This document shows, piece after piece, positions 1 through 9,930 of a DNA stretch of 32,000 bases (position 1 is the first letter of the stretch; each line of letters begins with the position of its first letter). This DNA comes from Sulfolobus acidocaldarius DSM 639 (GTDB taxonomy: Archaea; Thermoproteota; Thermoprotei_A; Sulfolobales; Sulfolobaceae): positions 1,920,001 through 1,952,000 of the forward strand of contig NC_007181.1 in the NCBI RefSeq assembly GCF_000012285.1, read 5' to 3'. The notes under the pieces were generated by a model. The model did no database searches, was not told where the DNA came from, and saw only the letters and a program-made list of their open reading frames with translations. Made by a program: the position numbers and the translations under genes.

Positions 1-485
1 GTACACTTTTTCACAACTCCTTGAACTGGATCAAAGAACCTGTTACCATAGGGGCAGCCATAAATGCAGTATTTACAACCTATGCATTTGTTATAGTCGA
101 CAAGGACTATACCGTCTTCAACTCTCTTGAAAGTTGCCCCCACTGGACATACTGGTACACAAGGGGCATTCATACAGTGGAAGCAGTTTATTGGTATATT
201 ATAAACCTTAGTTTGGGGCCAATTCCCCACTTCAACGTTTAGCACTCTCAGCCAGAACATTACGTCTAGGTCTCCGTAAGGGTTAAGGTCAGGTAATGGT
301 CCGAACATACCTGATGTGTTCCACTCTTTACATGACATCTGGCAACCTGCACAGCCAAAGCACTTATTTAAATCCGTTATTATTGCAAAGTTCTTAGATG
401 GTTTAAACGGTAACCTATATTCAACTCCGTTTTGATACATGTCTAGGGTTATTTGTTGGGGTTGAGTACTATTTGTGGAGGACAT
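1..485 (-). CDS. 4Fe-4S ferredoxin-type beta (electron-transfer) subunit of a Psr/Sre/Dms-family molybdoenzyme; the 3' end runs off the window
   Basis: Absent from the ORF track because it is truncated. My minus-strand translation from the ATG (complement of 483-485) reads [56 protein letters not shown]...[21 protein letters not shown]...[22 protein letters not shown]. These are CxxCxxCxxxC(P) cluster motifs typical of PsrB/NrfC/DmsB. A GAGGTGA SD (complement of 492-498) overlaps the alpha stop codon, 7-8 nt before this ATG. Confidence 0.85.
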   Translation of the reverse strand, partial: MSSTNSTQPQQITLDMYQNGVEYRLPFKPSKNFAIITDLNKCFGCAGCQMSCKEWNTSGMFGPLPDLNPYGDLDVMFWLRVLNVEVGNWPQTKVYNIPINCFHCMNAPCVPVCPVGATFKRVEDGIVLVDYNKCIGCKYCIYGCPYGNRFFDPVQGVVKKC

Positions 486-496
486 ATTATTTCACC

Positions 497-3400
497 TCAT
501 GGGGAAACTTGTTCTGATGCATAACCATACCTCAACTTATAATTACCAATTACGTAACCGTTTTGGGCTAAAGAGCCAGGGGATACAAAGCTCCATATTT
601 CTGTGTTCTGCATTGAGTTAGCATTGAAACGTAGATAGGGTATATCAACTGCTTGTGCAAAGGCAGGTGTAACTGGGGAATTGCTTACACTTATTTGTCC
701 ACCTATCTGAGAGACTATTGTGCTTATTATATCCTGGTTACTGAAGTCCTGTCCCATATAAATGAAAGTACTTGAGGACACACTGACCTTATTTGTGTTA
801 GCCTTTCCGACTATCTTTATCCTTGAATCATGCCATGCTGTCTGTCCTGTTATAGGGTCTAAGTTTAATATGGGAAATGCATTGTCCACGTTAGGGTCTA
901 ATGCTCCTCCTCTAGAGGGAGGCATATATACAATATTAGCCCAGTTATTCAACACACTGTACTTCACCTGAGGAGAGTCCTGAGTTTGGCTCCTGAAACC
1001 TGGTAATGCCTGAGAGGATACTACCACCCATGCAGAACCTGGTCTAGTCGCCTCGTCTAGGAACACTAATGCAGTGAGCTGAGTTGTTAGTCCCCCACTC
1101 TTGGGCTCGTTCATAGCCTGGAAAGTGACAAAATCTCCATTATTTATACCCATTGACTGAACATAGGGGTCTGCTGAACTCAGGACCATTGGGGTATAGG
1201 GTATAATAGCTGTTAACCACGGAGTAGTATAAGACCAGGAGTGATATGTTCTATCATGTCTCCTTACAAAGAATGTCAACGGATACTGGGAAAGGTCTAT
1301 ACCATCTTGAGTAATATCAGACTTCCATGTGGGAGGCGGGTAATACCCTCCAAAAGGTTTGAAGTAATCCAATATGTTATTCCTGAGAGCACTACCGTAA
1401 CTATCATTAGGCAGTGTGGATGGAACGAGGAACTTAGAGTTGTTTGTTAACTTGTAATAATAGTAGTACGCAGCGTTATAACCTGTCCATTTTCCAGCTG
1501 CAGCAAGTCTAAATCTCTGCAAATACTCAAGATATATTCTGTGAATATATGGTAACCCAACGTTACCATAACCTCCTGGCATGTAAGCTCCCCATCCTCT
1601 AAAGTAGAACATATTGACATTTCTCATGTATCTTATTGACGGTGGAAGTACGTATACTGCGCCTCCCTTACCTACCTTTACTACTCCTGGATTTATGTCA
1701 TTTAATGTCATTTTTCCGGCTGCGAAGTTATTTATTATACTTTGTAGCAGGTTCTGGAGTAATGGCTGGAACTGTACTGGTAATCTGAAGTAATCCTCAA
1801 TTCCGCCATTTCTGTTACTTGCACCTATGGTGTAAGTCGTTGCAGTAGAGAACGTTGAACCGCTAGGCACTTGAGAGGTAATTTGGCTTATGACTGTACT
1901 TTGGTCAGAGCCATTTGGAACAAATGAGGCATATAGCTTAAGCTGTTGGGGATTTGGAGTTTGCGCTTCAGCCTCATTTTTCAATATGTATTCAAAGTTT
2001 TTGCCATATCCCGCTATCAAAGTCCCTGATTTTAGGATGTAAATTCCTGTGGATATTAAGCCTGGTTGACCCTGGGAAAATATTTGTTGCCCTGTAACGG
2101 GATCATGTATGGTGACTGGGCTAACAAGTGGTAGACCTGTTACCGGATCCTGAGTAGTATAGTGTGGGTTGTTAGTGGGACTAATTGATAAGTTAGGATT
2201 GGATTTTTGGTTTGGATACCCTCTAACTAACCATAGGAGTGTAAGTAGAAAATCACCAGCACTTAGTACAGGGTATAGAGATGGAAGTGAAGGCCAATTT
2301 AAGGAATCAGAGGGTCCATTTGGCAAACTGGTAGGTCTATCAAAAGTTGAGTGAAAACCGTATACCTCTAGGAATGATAAGTCGGGAATAACTAAATCTA
2401 CAACATTATCGTTCTCGTGCATAAAGAGGTCAATAGTTGTAGTAAATGGTATAATATAGTTTCCATTCGAGTCTGTCTCTGTAACCTTTTGCAATAAATC
2501 ACTTAATGTGTAAGCGTTATTCCAATATGGTGCGGTCAAATACCACATCATTGCTTGGATATTATAAGGTATTATAGCCTTATTGAAGTACTTATTCATC
2601 AAATACGCTGTATAAGCTACTGCTGAAATTGATCTCTGTGTAGTAAGGGGTAATTCCCAACTATAGCCACGGTCAACCAGTAAAGGTCTACCTGTTTTAT
2701 AAATTACTAAGTCGTCTGGACCATCTGGGAACCCATAGGGACCTGCGGGAACCACTGACACTTTGGTGATTTCAACGGTTCCGTCATTATGTATTAACTC
2801 GTTCTTGAGAAAACCAGCCCTACCACCAGCTGGGGGCTTTACGCCCAAGGATGCAAGATCAGGATCTATTGATGGGGTATTAGCCAAAGGATGTGGAGGT
2901 ACTCCATGACCGGGGAAGTAGTGAGGGTATGGATACTTATACCCGTCAGCCCCTGGATTGTCCCAGGCACCTAACATTAATACTAAATAATAAGCTGAAG
3001 CTGCAGATTGGAATCCGTTTGCATGTGCAGCTAGCCCTCTCATAAAGTAAATGGAAACAGGTCTACCTGTGATAGACTCATGATATCTACCTAGGTAATC
3101 GACCCACTTTACAGGTTGTTGAATAGACTTCTGAAATGCAACAACTGCTAGTTCATTTGCGATCCTAACTACAGTGTACTCCGGTATTCCAGTAAGATTA
3201 GAAACATTTATGGCACCGTATTGAGCCGTCTGATCTGGTGAGGTATAGGGATCATAGTTCATTAACTCAGCCCTCAGAAGTTCAAACCCTGTTGTAACAG
3301 TCAAGGTTATGGTATTACTGCTACCGGGTGATGCAGGAACAGTTACTTGAATTGCAGGAACTTTTATCATTTGACCATTTCTCAGTCTATAGGAGACTTG

Positions 3401-4855
3401 AACTATATTACTGATCATACTTGAAGGTAACTCATCTAGGGTCAAGATGGGCATGACACCGTTTTGCCATGGTATATCAACATAGGAGTAAACATTACCA
3501 TCACTTCCTAACACAGCCTCCAGCCATTTCGAAGCAGGGAAAGTGAATGAAACAGTACTGCCTGAGGACGTTGTTGCAGTAATCTTCTGTGATGTGGAAT
3601 AGAGGCTGTTTTTCACTGGCATCCTAACATGTAAACCTGTATTATTACTCGCGTTAGGGTCTGAGGGGTCTAATGGGTCTCCATACTGAGGATTGGGATT
3701 TAGTATTACCAGCCATGACAAATTAGTATAATACCTTAAGAACTCCTCGTCTATATGAGGGAAATTGGCGGTATCTGGTATTTCACCAAATTGAGGAAGA
3801 GTTACCACCTGACCGTTAGGTGCAACAGTCTGGAAAAGCAGTTGTCCTGTCCCGCTGTAAGAGGGAGAAACTTGTTGTAAGGTAATGGGATTTAAGACTG
3901 TCTTACCATTAGAAACCTTATATACGTAAAAGTGGAAATCTACCAAGACCCTTATCCATCCCATGAACAAGGCTCCATCTGTAGCCGGATTTACATATAG
4001 GTGCTCATCCGAGACACTGTAGAAGCCAAATCTCTCAGGGGCTATAGTTAGGACTTTTCCTCCATTTTCCCTTATCCTAGCTATAATTCTCCTCATCCAA
4101 TTAGGGAAGTGATCCCCAGCAAGACCGGCTAAAATGAAGTATTGGGCTCTCGTCTCATCAGGTCCTGCATATTCCCACACTGGGGCACCAGTAACGTAAA
4201 CTCCTGCTGAGTAGACATTCATTGAGCAAAATCCTCCATGTGCACCTGAATTCGCAGTACCAAAGTTACCAGCAAAGAAACCTGCTGTTATTCCAGGGAT
4301 TAACTGATCCCTCCCTGTAAATAGGACAAATGAATGGGGATTAGTTTCCCTAATCTTCAACAGACCAGGAAAGTTACCTATACCTAAACTTCCCGGGTTC
4401 AAACCTAACTTGGACCAAGAGTTCGCATTGGCACCATTCACAAGGATATCATAAGCAGTATCGTAGTCAATGGCAATCCATTTACCTGACCCTCTTGGTC
4501 CAGCCCTAAGTAGAGGATATCTTAACCTTGAAGGAACGAAATAGTAGTAGACATCAGCTGCTCCTCTAGGACAAACTCCGCCATCATTTATGTGCCAACC
4601 AATAGTCCCAGTAACGAACCTAGGATATCCCTCTGGAGTTCTAGTTACCTGAATTGCACATCTACCTAAACACTGGAAACAGTTCGTGTACACTATTTCG
4701 TCAGAGGGATAGTTCAGGGTGTAGCTAGTTGTCTCGGCAATGGGTCTAAATATTTTATCCACAACAGAAGGAGTGCTGAGGAAAACTGCAGTACCTAAAC
4801 CAGCAAATCCACTTATTTTTAGAAAGTCTCTCCTACTTAGCTTTAATTGACTCAT
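497..4855 (-). CDS. Tat-exported molybdopterin (bis-MGD) oxidoreductase catalytic alpha subunit, unusually large at 1452 aa
   Basis: The N-terminus [26 protein letters not shown] is a consensus twin-arginine signal (SRRxFLK). It is followed by the N-terminal [4Fe-4S] motif CFQCLGRC...GGVCPRG (Cx2Cx3C...C) of the Psr/Phs/Ttr/Arr clade. A candidate Mo-ligand context is AHGGFCSMN. Conserved-looking MGD-domain blocks include [13 protein letters not shown] and [17 protein letters not shown] near the C-terminus. One uninterrupted ORF. Confidence 0.85.
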   Translation of the reverse strand: MSQLKLSRRDFLKISGFAGLGTAVFLSTPSVVDKIFRPIAETTSYTLNYPSDEIVYTNCFQCLGRCAIQVTRTPEGYPRFVTGTIGWHINDGGVCPRGAADVYYYFVPSRLRYPLLRAGPRGSGKWIAIDYDTAYDILVNGANANSWSKLGLNPGSLGIGNFPGLLKIRETNPHSFVLFTGRDQLIPGITAGFFAGNFGTANSGAHGGFCSMNVYSAGVYVTGAPVWEYAGPDETRAQYFILAGLAGDHFPNWMRRIIARIRENGGKVLTIAPERFGFYSVSDEHLYVNPATDGALFMGWIRVLVDFHFYVYKVSNGKTVLNPITLQQVSPSYSGTGQLLFQTVAPNGQVVTLPQFGEIPDTANFPHIDEEFLRYYTNLSWLVILNPNPQYGDPLDPSDPNASNNTGLHVRMPVKNSLYSTSQKITATTSSGSTVSFTFPASKWLEAVLGSDGNVYSYVDIPWQNGVMPILTLDELPSSMISNIVQVSYRLRNGQMIKVPAIQVTVPASPGSSNTITLTVTTGFELLRAELMNYDPYTSPDQTAQYGAINVSNLTGIPEYTVVRIANELAVVAFQKSIQQPVKWVDYLGRYHESITGRPVSIYFMRGLAAHANGFQSAASAYYLVLMLGAWDNPGADGYKYPYPHYFPGHGVPPHPLANTPSIDPDLASLGVKPPAGGRAGFLKNELIHNDGTVEITKVSVVPAGPYGFPDGPDDLVIYKTGRPLLVDRGYSWELPLTTQRSISAVAYTAYLMNKYFNKAIIPYNIQAMMWYLTAPYWNNAYTLSDLLQKVTETDSNGNYIIPFTTTIDLFMHENDNVVDLVIPDLSFLEVYGFHSTFDRPTSLPNGPSDSLNWPSLPSLYPVLSAGDFLLTLLWLVRGYPNQKSNPNLSISPTNNPHYTTQDPVTGLPLVSPVTIHDPVTGQQIFSQGQPGLISTGIYILKSGTLIAGYGKNFEYILKNEAEAQTPNPQQLKLYASFVPNGSDQSTVISQITSQVPSGSTFSTATTYTIGASNRNGGIEDYFRLPVQFQPLLQNLLQSIINNFAAGKMTLNDINPGVVKVGKGGAVYVLPPSIRYMRNVNMFYFRGWGAYMPGGYGNVGLPYIHRIYLEYLQRFRLAAAGKWTGYNAAYYYYYKLTNNSKFLVPSTLPNDSYGSALRNNILDYFKPFGGYYPPPTWKSDITQDGIDLSQYPLTFFVRRHDRTYHSWSYTTPWLTAIIPYTPMVLSSADPYVQSMGINNGDFVTFQAMNEPKSGGLTTQLTALVFLDEATRPGSAWVVVSSQALPGFRSQTQDSPQVKYSVLNNWANIVYMPPSRGGALDPNVDNAFPILNLDPITGQTAWHDSRIKIVGKANTNKVSVSSSTFIYMGQDFSNQDIISTIVSQIGGQISVSNSPVTPAFAQAVDIPYLRFNANSMQNTEIWSFVSPGSLAQNGYVIGNYKLRYGYASEQVSP

Positions 4856-5058
4856 TAATTAAATTTTTAATAAAGTTTTTTTAAGTATTCACTTCAGTTT
4901 GAAGATATGACTGAATATTCATATTTACCATATTAGTTCATAGCCACAACCACGATAAATTTTTTTGAACAATAAGCTCACACACAATTTATCATTATTT
5001 TTTGATAAAAGTTATAGTAGTATAAATATTTAAGATTAAGTGCTTACAATTTAAAATA
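4856..5058. promoter_or_regulatory. Divergent promoter region between the alpha gene and the wHTH-led operon
   Basis: 203-bp, very AT-rich spacer. A TATA-like TATAAATATTTAAG (5021-5034) is centred about 32 nt upstream of ATG 5059. An A-run, CTTAAAAAAAC on the minus strand (about 4874-4886), lies about 25 nt upstream of the alpha ATG (4855). Both geometries suggest leaderless or short-leader mRNAs. The region also holds an 8-bp palindrome GAATATTC (4913-4920) and a 6-bp inverted repeat TTCAGT/ACTGAA (4893-4898 / 4910-4915). Confidence 0.4.
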
Positions 5059-5688
5059 ATGATAAGATTAGAACCGAATGACATACTAGTGTTGGAGGAG
5101 TTAATTTTATACATTCAGCTCACTTCATACCGTTTCTCCAAGCTTACAGGGATATCAAATGCAACGGCGTGGAGGACATTCAACAGACTAGTAGGATTAG
5201 GCTTAGTAAAGAGGGAGGATAAAAGGGGCTTTTCAATAACGGCTAGGGGTGCTATAATACTCTACTTAAACACGTCTAAGGGCAATGTGAGGAGAAGATG
5301 TTTGTCGGTCTTAAAGAAGTTGTGGAACTATGATGGTGATGAAGAGAAACTCAAGTATTTCCTAGAGGATGTAGATAAGGTTTTGAAGAGTATGAACCTA
5401 TCACCGTTTGTGATATGTTTTAATCAGCCTGTAACTATTGCCACAATGTTATACAATAAACAGGATGAGCTAAGGGAGGAGACGAAAGAGGTTATTGCAA
5501 ATATTTTGATAAACTTTTTCCCGTCAATAGATCTGAGGAACGGATGTAAGGCAATTATCTCATATGACAATAATGGAAAACCTTATGTACTTGCAGCAAA
5601 GTGCAAGAGAGAAGGTATAAAATTAAGGTATTATTGTCCCGAGATTTCAAAGTACCTCAGTGTCACAAATGCTGAATTACCTCAATGA
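5059..5688 (+). CDS. Winged-helix (MarR/TrmB-like) DNA-binding protein with a C-terminal Cys-containing domain
   Basis: The ORF has a TATA box at the correct distance. The N-terminal segment LTSYRFSKLTGISNATAWRTFNRLVGLGLVKRE reads as helix-turn-helix plus wing. I do not recognise the C-terminal half. Confidence 0.6.
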   Translation: MIRLEPNDILVLEELILYIQLTSYRFSKLTGISNATAWRTFNRLVGLGLVKREDKRGFSITARGAIILYLNTSKGNVRRRCLSVLKKLWNYDGDEEKLKYFLEDVDKVLKSMNLSPFVICFNQPVTIATMLYNKQDELREETKEVIANILINFFPSIDLRNGCKAIISYDNNGKPYVLAAKCKREGIKLRYYCPEISKYLSVTNAELPQ

Positions 5689-6532
5689 GTACTTGGAACT
5701 AGGTTTCAATCCCTCAACTATTTTAGGAACATGCGAACTGAGTGAACAATTTGGGATTTATCATGGAGAGAGAGGTGAAGAGGTAAGCCTATTTTTCATT
5801 AAGTCAAGTAGACCAATGGAGAAAAGGGGAAAAATAAATATACACTACTTCTCTCCAAAATTTGAAGTCATAATAGAGAGAAGCGTAAAGCTAAATGGAG
5901 AGGCTCTGGTCTCGGCATCCACACTGCGTATTGTTGATATAACTTTTCCCCCTGAGTCTAAGATATATGACGGTCTGTTAAGAGGTCTGGTGTTAAATCC
6001 CATAGTGGTTAAGGGAGCTGTAGATAACCTTTACTTCAAAAGAGAGGACATCTTATTTGGATGGGGCTTAGGTGAGGGTATTGCGAAGCTTGGAAAGTTT
6101 GAACCCAGTGATTATTGCATAATACAGCCTCTAGGTGAGTTAGCATTTATTTCTCTCTACAACAGGTTTGTGATGGGGAGACTTAATTTAGATGACTCCT
6201 ATGTTAGGAGAGAAAAGGAGAAGATTCTGGAAATTAGTTCAAAAGTTTACAGGGAACTCGGTGAGGTGGTAAGAGAGAACGAGAATAACCTTACGTATGT
6301 CGAGGATATTGGCATGAACCAGGACTCTGTTAAGAAATTGAAAACATTGAAGATAAAAACTATCATAGTTCATGATAAAAATATTCTAGAGCTAACAAAG
6401 AACTTCACAAAAAATCCTTTTGCAAGTCCATTTTCAGTGGTCATATTAGGAAATAAGATTGGTGTAGACAGGGTAGTTGATAAAGCCCTTAGCCTTGGCT
6501 TAAGCGTTTTCAGATCAAGTTTTATTAGTTAA
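5660..6532 (+). CDS. Hypothetical protein of about 287-290 aa with no recognised domain
   Basis: Long ORF overlapping the upstream gene by 29 nt. ATG 5669 (MLNYLNE...) is an alternative start. Same strand and tight packing imply co-transcription. Confidence 0.55.
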   Translation: MSQMLNYLNEYLELGFNPSTILGTCELSEQFGIYHGERGEEVSLFFIKSSRPMEKRGKINIHYFSPKFEVIIERSVKLNGEALVSASTLRIVDITFPPESKIYDGLLRGLVLNPIVVKGAVDNLYFKREDILFGWGLGEGIAKLGKFEPSDYCIIQPLGELAFISLYNRFVMGRLNLDDSYVRREKEKILEISSKVYRELGEVVRENENNLTYVEDIGMNQDSVKKLKTLKIKTIIVHDKNILELTKNFTKNPFASPFSVVILGNKIGVDRVVDKALSLGLSVFRSSFIS

Positions 6533-6569
6533 AAAATTATTTTTAACTTTATAATGGTGATCATAAATT

Positions 6570-7334
6570 GTGGACATGGAAGGAGAAGAGGATCCAATAT
6601 ATGAAGCTGAAAGGTTAATTGAGAAAGGGGATTATCCTGAGGCATTAAATGTCTTGGGTAATTTAAGCTTGCCTGAAGCTTATATCTTGAGGAGCAAAGC
6701 CTATATCGAGATGGGAAAAAGTGAAGAGGCTATAAGAGAACTTAAAGAGGGCATAAACAGATTTCCCTATGCCCACTATATGTATTATGAGTTAGCCTTG
6801 CTGTATTTCAATCATAATGACCTTGTTAATGCATTGGACGAGGTGAATAATGCTCTTTCAATTCTACCTTATTCTTATGATTATAATAAATTAAAGGCTA
6901 GGATACTGTTTGAAATGCAGGAATATGAACAAGCTTTTGATGTTCTCACCTATGTGATAAAGATGAAGCCTGATGATGTTGAAAGTAGGTTATTACGGGC
7001 TCAATGTTTTTACTTAACAGGAAAATTCCTAGATGCCCTTAAGGAGATAAATAGGGCTTTAGAATACAACAACAAGGACGAAACACTACACACCCTCAAG
7101 GGTAAGATCTATCTGGAGACCCATTTCTACAAGTTGGCACTAAGTGAGTTCAAGATATCTGTATCCATAAGACCCACCGCTGAAAATTATTATCTTCTTG
7201 CCTTCTCAGAGTATATGACAGGAGAATGTGGAAATGCCATAAGTGATTCTGAGAAGGCTTTAAGCCTTGATCCCAATAACAACGTGATAAGGGAGTTCTA
7301 TGAGTCCTTAAGAAATATGTGTGGACAGAAATAA
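6570..7334 (+). CDS. TPR-repeat protein (about 6 repeats)
   Basis: Repeated 34-aa TPR-like units, for example AYILRSKAYIEMGKSEEAIRELKEGI, YYELALLYFNHNDLVNALDEVNNALSILP, LLRAQCFYLTGKFLDALKEINRALEYN and YYLLAFSEYMTGECGNAISDSEKALSLDPNN. The track start is a GTG at 6570. ATG 6576 sits about 25 nt after TTTATAATGG (6547-6556), so it is a plausible leaderless start. Confidence 0.8.
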   Translation: MDMEGEEDPIYEAERLIEKGDYPEALNVLGNLSLPEAYILRSKAYIEMGKSEEAIRELKEGINRFPYAHYMYYELALLYFNHNDLVNALDEVNNALSILPYSYDYNKLKARILFEMQEYEQAFDVLTYVIKMKPDDVESRLLRAQCFYLTGKFLDALKEINRALEYNNKDETLHTLKGKIYLETHFYKLALSEFKISVSIRPTAENYYLLAFSEYMTGECGNAISDSEKALSLDPNNNVIREFYESLRNMCGQK

Positions 7335-8916
7335 TTTCAGTTTTTTGAAAAGAATCATTATTTTCCGGTTAAGCGTCTCTGAAACTAGATATTGTTTGTC
7401 GATGATAAGACTAAATGTTGGGCTAATAGTATCTAAGAAGGCTAGAGAAATACTAGGAGATGAACTTTTAGTTAGTATATTTAATGATGGAGAGATTGCG
7501 TATGTAGCTGAATATGGGGACTTCATCGAGAAAGATCTCAAAGAGAATAGCGTAAATGCATTAGTTGTAGTTAGTGAGAGCGAAAACAGGAATATCAAGG
7601 ACTTTTTGAGTAACATAGACGAGTTAACCAATATACACCCTTTGTCCGTGGAAGTGTTAGACATTAACTGGCTACAGTCAAGGGAGCAAGCAAAAGCCCT
7701 GATATTAGCTTACATAAGCAAAGCTTCCCTCTCTTTCCTTGCCCGGAGAGTTCAACCACTACGAAACAAGAACTTAACCAGGAGATCACTCTTAAGGAGA
7801 AAACTGTACTATTATAAACCCTACCCTGTACTTGCCCAGGAGATCTCCTTTGAAAGGGAGATGAAATACCTCTCATCACTTTGTGAATTAGTGGTGAAGA
7901 CCCCAGAGGGTCCACAGGTCTCCGATCCTGATAAGTGTACTTCCTGTGGATTTTGCTCAGGTATGTCGTTCTTAGGTTACCTGGAAATGCCTAACTTCAG
8001 TACAGACCAGGTCATTGCATTTATTAACACACTGAGTAAGTATGCCCCTACAGATAAGCCCGGTATAGTCCTGATCACGTGCAACAGGATTACAGATATA
8101 CCTAAACTGAAAGAGGCATACATATATCCTCTTATATCTCCCTGTGTCTCATCAGTTCACGACTCTTTCCTGACAGCAATCCTGGTCTCTGGTTTTTACC
8201 CCGTGCTATACTCCCCTGACAGCTCTTGTGAACTGAGAGATAGGGCAAAGATAAGGGCAGAAGTTGCTATCAAGAGATTCCCTGGAACCGAAATACGATT
8301 CCCTTATGTGGAGGATCTAAATGAATTAGAGGACGTGTTGAGGAATGTTGCCAGCAATTCCCTAATGTTGACCAGGAACGAGATACCTCAGGACATAGTT
8401 TTATCGAGAAGTAGAAGGAGGAATTTACTATTGTGGTCGATTTCTCAGTTCAGATCACAGTCAAAGCTGAATGAGGAAGACGAGATACCTGGAGTATTTA
8501 AGGTGGTTGTAGATCCTGATAAGTGCGTTCTTTGTGGAGTTTGTGTAAGATCTTGTCAAATGTTGGTATTTGACATTAAAAATACCTCGAGCAGTACAAC
8601 GCTGTATCACGATTTATCATATTGCATAGGTTCGCAGAGGTGTGTCAGAAATTGTCCAGAGGGGGCGATAACACTAGTGGGATCTGTTAAAATAAAGGAA
8701 CTGGGTAACAGGTCGGTGGTCTCGGCAACAATAGGTAAGTGCAAGTACTGTGGGAAGCCACTAGATTCAATAAAGGTGAAAAACAGAGTAAGTGAGATTT
8801 TGATGAGTTCAGGAATAAATGACATTGAAGACTATGTTGACGTGTGTAACGATTGCAAACAGAAGAACATGAGTAAAAAGTGGGTTGAAAAGACATTGGG
8901 GTTGAGCAAAAAATGA
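7321..8916 (+). CDS. Cytoplasmic Fe-S protein with an HdrA-C-terminal/MvhD(FlpD)-like region, a 2x[4Fe-4S] ferredoxin domain and a C-terminal CxxC...CxxC zinc-ribbon-like motif
   Basis: Motifs: PDKCTSCGFCSG; GIVLITCNR...ISPCVSSVHDSFLTAILVSGFYPVLYSPDSSCE (by eye aligns with the MvhD pattern xxCNWC...CSGRxxPxxxLxAFxxGADGVxVxGC); DPDKCVLCGVCVRSCQ; YCIGSQRCVRNCPEGA; GKCKYCGKPL...VCNDCKQK. The true start is probably ATG 7402 (MIRLNVGLIV...), because the first 27 codons overlap the TPR gene end. Confidence 0.7.
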   Translation: MDRNNFSFLKRIIIFRLSVSETRYCLSMIRLNVGLIVSKKAREILGDELLVSIFNDGEIAYVAEYGDFIEKDLKENSVNALVVVSESENRNIKDFLSNIDELTNIHPLSVEVLDINWLQSREQAKALILAYISKASLSFLARRVQPLRNKNLTRRSLLRRKLYYYKPYPVLAQEISFEREMKYLSSLCELVVKTPEGPQVSDPDKCTSCGFCSGMSFLGYLEMPNFSTDQVIAFINTLSKYAPTDKPGIVLITCNRITDIPKLKEAYIYPLISPCVSSVHDSFLTAILVSGFYPVLYSPDSSCELRDRAKIRAEVAIKRFPGTEIRFPYVEDLNELEDVLRNVASNSLMLTRNEIPQDIVLSRSRRRNLLLWSISQFRSQSKLNEEDEIPGVFKVVVDPDKCVLCGVCVRSCQMLVFDIKNTSSSTTLYHDLSYCIGSQRCVRNCPEGAITLVGSVKIKELGNRSVVSATIGKCKYCGKPLDSIKVKNRVSEILMSSGINDIEDYVDVCNDCKQKNMSKKWVEKTLGLSKK

Positions 8917-9455
8917 ACTTCGTTATAACTTTGCTTAACACGTTGATAAGAGCCCCTAATTTAAAGGAAATCCTGAAGCAAATCGAGGGATCTGATTATT
9001 TCAAGGTCGAAATTAATCCTACAAACATAACTGTGAACTCTGATGCTTATCTCCTAGAGGAGCTCTCCTATAGGGGGAGGATATTCATAGCTACGAATGT
9101 CCCGTCTAAATTAGCCTATGAGATCTTAAACAGGTTTAACCTGGACAGTTTCATTACCAGAGTAGTCTCTGCTGAAGATGTAGGCATGTTTACCACAAAT
9201 CCTAAATTTTTTGAATATTTATACAGAATGACTGGAATACAGAGGGGAACAGGTTATTTCATAACTTCCAATACCCTCTCAATAAATAATGCAAAGTCAC
9301 ATCAATTTAAGGTGGTCATGATAGACCGTGAGGGCATAAATTCCGTAAACCTGGTGGATGTAATAAAAGTTAAGGACCTTAAGAAGATCGTTGAACTGAC
9401 AGGTAAGAGTTATGTCGACACCAAAATTGGCGATTCGTCATTGAGGTGTAAGTGA
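8913..9455 (+). CDS. HAD-superfamily-like protein with degenerate catalytic motifs (likely a pseudo-enzyme)
   Basis: An ATGA start/stop overlap with the upstream gene (8913-8916) indicates translational coupling. IFIATNVPSKLAYEILNRFNLDSFITRVVSAEDVG...NPKFFEYL...YFITSNTLSINNAKSHQFKVVMID resembles HAD motifs II-IV. Motif I (DxDGTL) reads ITLLNTL, and the motif IV aspartates are S/N. Confidence 0.5.
   Translation: MNFVITLLNTLIRAPNLKEILKQIEGSDYFKVEINPTNITVNSDAYLLEELSYRGRIFIATNVPSKLAYEILNRFNLDSFITRVVSAEDVGMFTTNPKFFEYLYRMTGIQRGTGYFITSNTLSINNAKSHQFKVVMIDREGINSVNLVDVIKVKDLKKIVELTGKSYVDTKIGDSSLRCK
9443..9448 (+). promoter_or_regulatory. Shine-Dalgarno GAGGTG for the TTG-initiated ORF at 9457
   Basis: GAGGTG lies 8 nt upstream of TTG 9457 and inside the end of the preceding gene. 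This matches the Sulfolobales pattern of an SD in front of internal operon genes. Confidence 0.5.
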
Positions 9456-9456
9456 T

Positions 9457-9873
9457 TTGATATCCGACTCAGAAATCGTTGAAATATTTAAGGAGTTGGG
9501 AATGAAGGTAAAGGAGGAAAAACAGCAAGGGTTACACTTTCACGTCAGTATATCTCCACCAACTGCAAACTCCGCCATAGTGTCTATAATAAGACCCACA
9601 GCCTTTTCGAAGTACTATGTGGTGACTATGGCAATAGAGGTTGACCCACCTAAACTGAATAAGAAAGTGTTGAGGGAGATCGGTGTAGAGTTGGCTAGGC
9701 TAAATGTGGAATTTTACGTTATGCCACCAGATAAACCAACTACAATTCAGATTGCTAAGCTATTATATCAAGAGGACTTAAGTAAAAACGAATTAATAAA
9801 CACGGTAACACTTGTGAAGAATGCAGGTTTTATCGTATTTAATATACTTAGTGGAGAAAATATGAATGACTAG
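9457..9873 (+). CDS. Hypothetical 138-aa protein with no recognised domain
   Basis: The ORF has a TTG start preceded by a strong SD and begins 1 nt after the upstream stop, so it is operonic. Confidence 0.6.
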   Translation: MISDSEIVEIFKELGMKVKEEKQQGLHFHVSISPPTANSAIVSIIRPTAFSKYYVVTMAIEVDPPKLNKKVLREIGVELARLNVEFYVMPPDKPTTIQIAKLLYQEDLSKNELINTVTLVKNAGFIVFNILSGENMND

Positions 9874-9930
9874 TAATATCAATAAAATGAAATTAAGGTT
9901 TATTTATTATAATAATTATACTTACACAGG

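Noticed and set aside
21-242. 73-aa plus-strand ORF from the track
   Set aside because: It lies entirely antisense to the well-supported 4Fe-4S beta-subunit CDS, and no motif was recognised. It is a shadow ORF.
762-2354. Three 61-69-aa plus-strand ORFs (762-971, 1241-1450, 2169-2354)
   Set aside because: All are antisense inside the 1452-aa molybdoenzyme gene. They have no promoter context and no recognisable domains.
4395-4405. tRNA T-arm-like GGGTTCAAACC
   Set aside because: It sits inside the molybdoenzyme CDS. No acceptor, D or anticodon arms can be built around it.
7308-8941. Minus-strand ORFs 7308-7664, 7664-7915, 8607-8825 and 8687-8941
   Set aside because: They are antisense to the TPR and Fe-S protein genes and have low-complexity Ser/Leu-rich translations typical of shadow frames.
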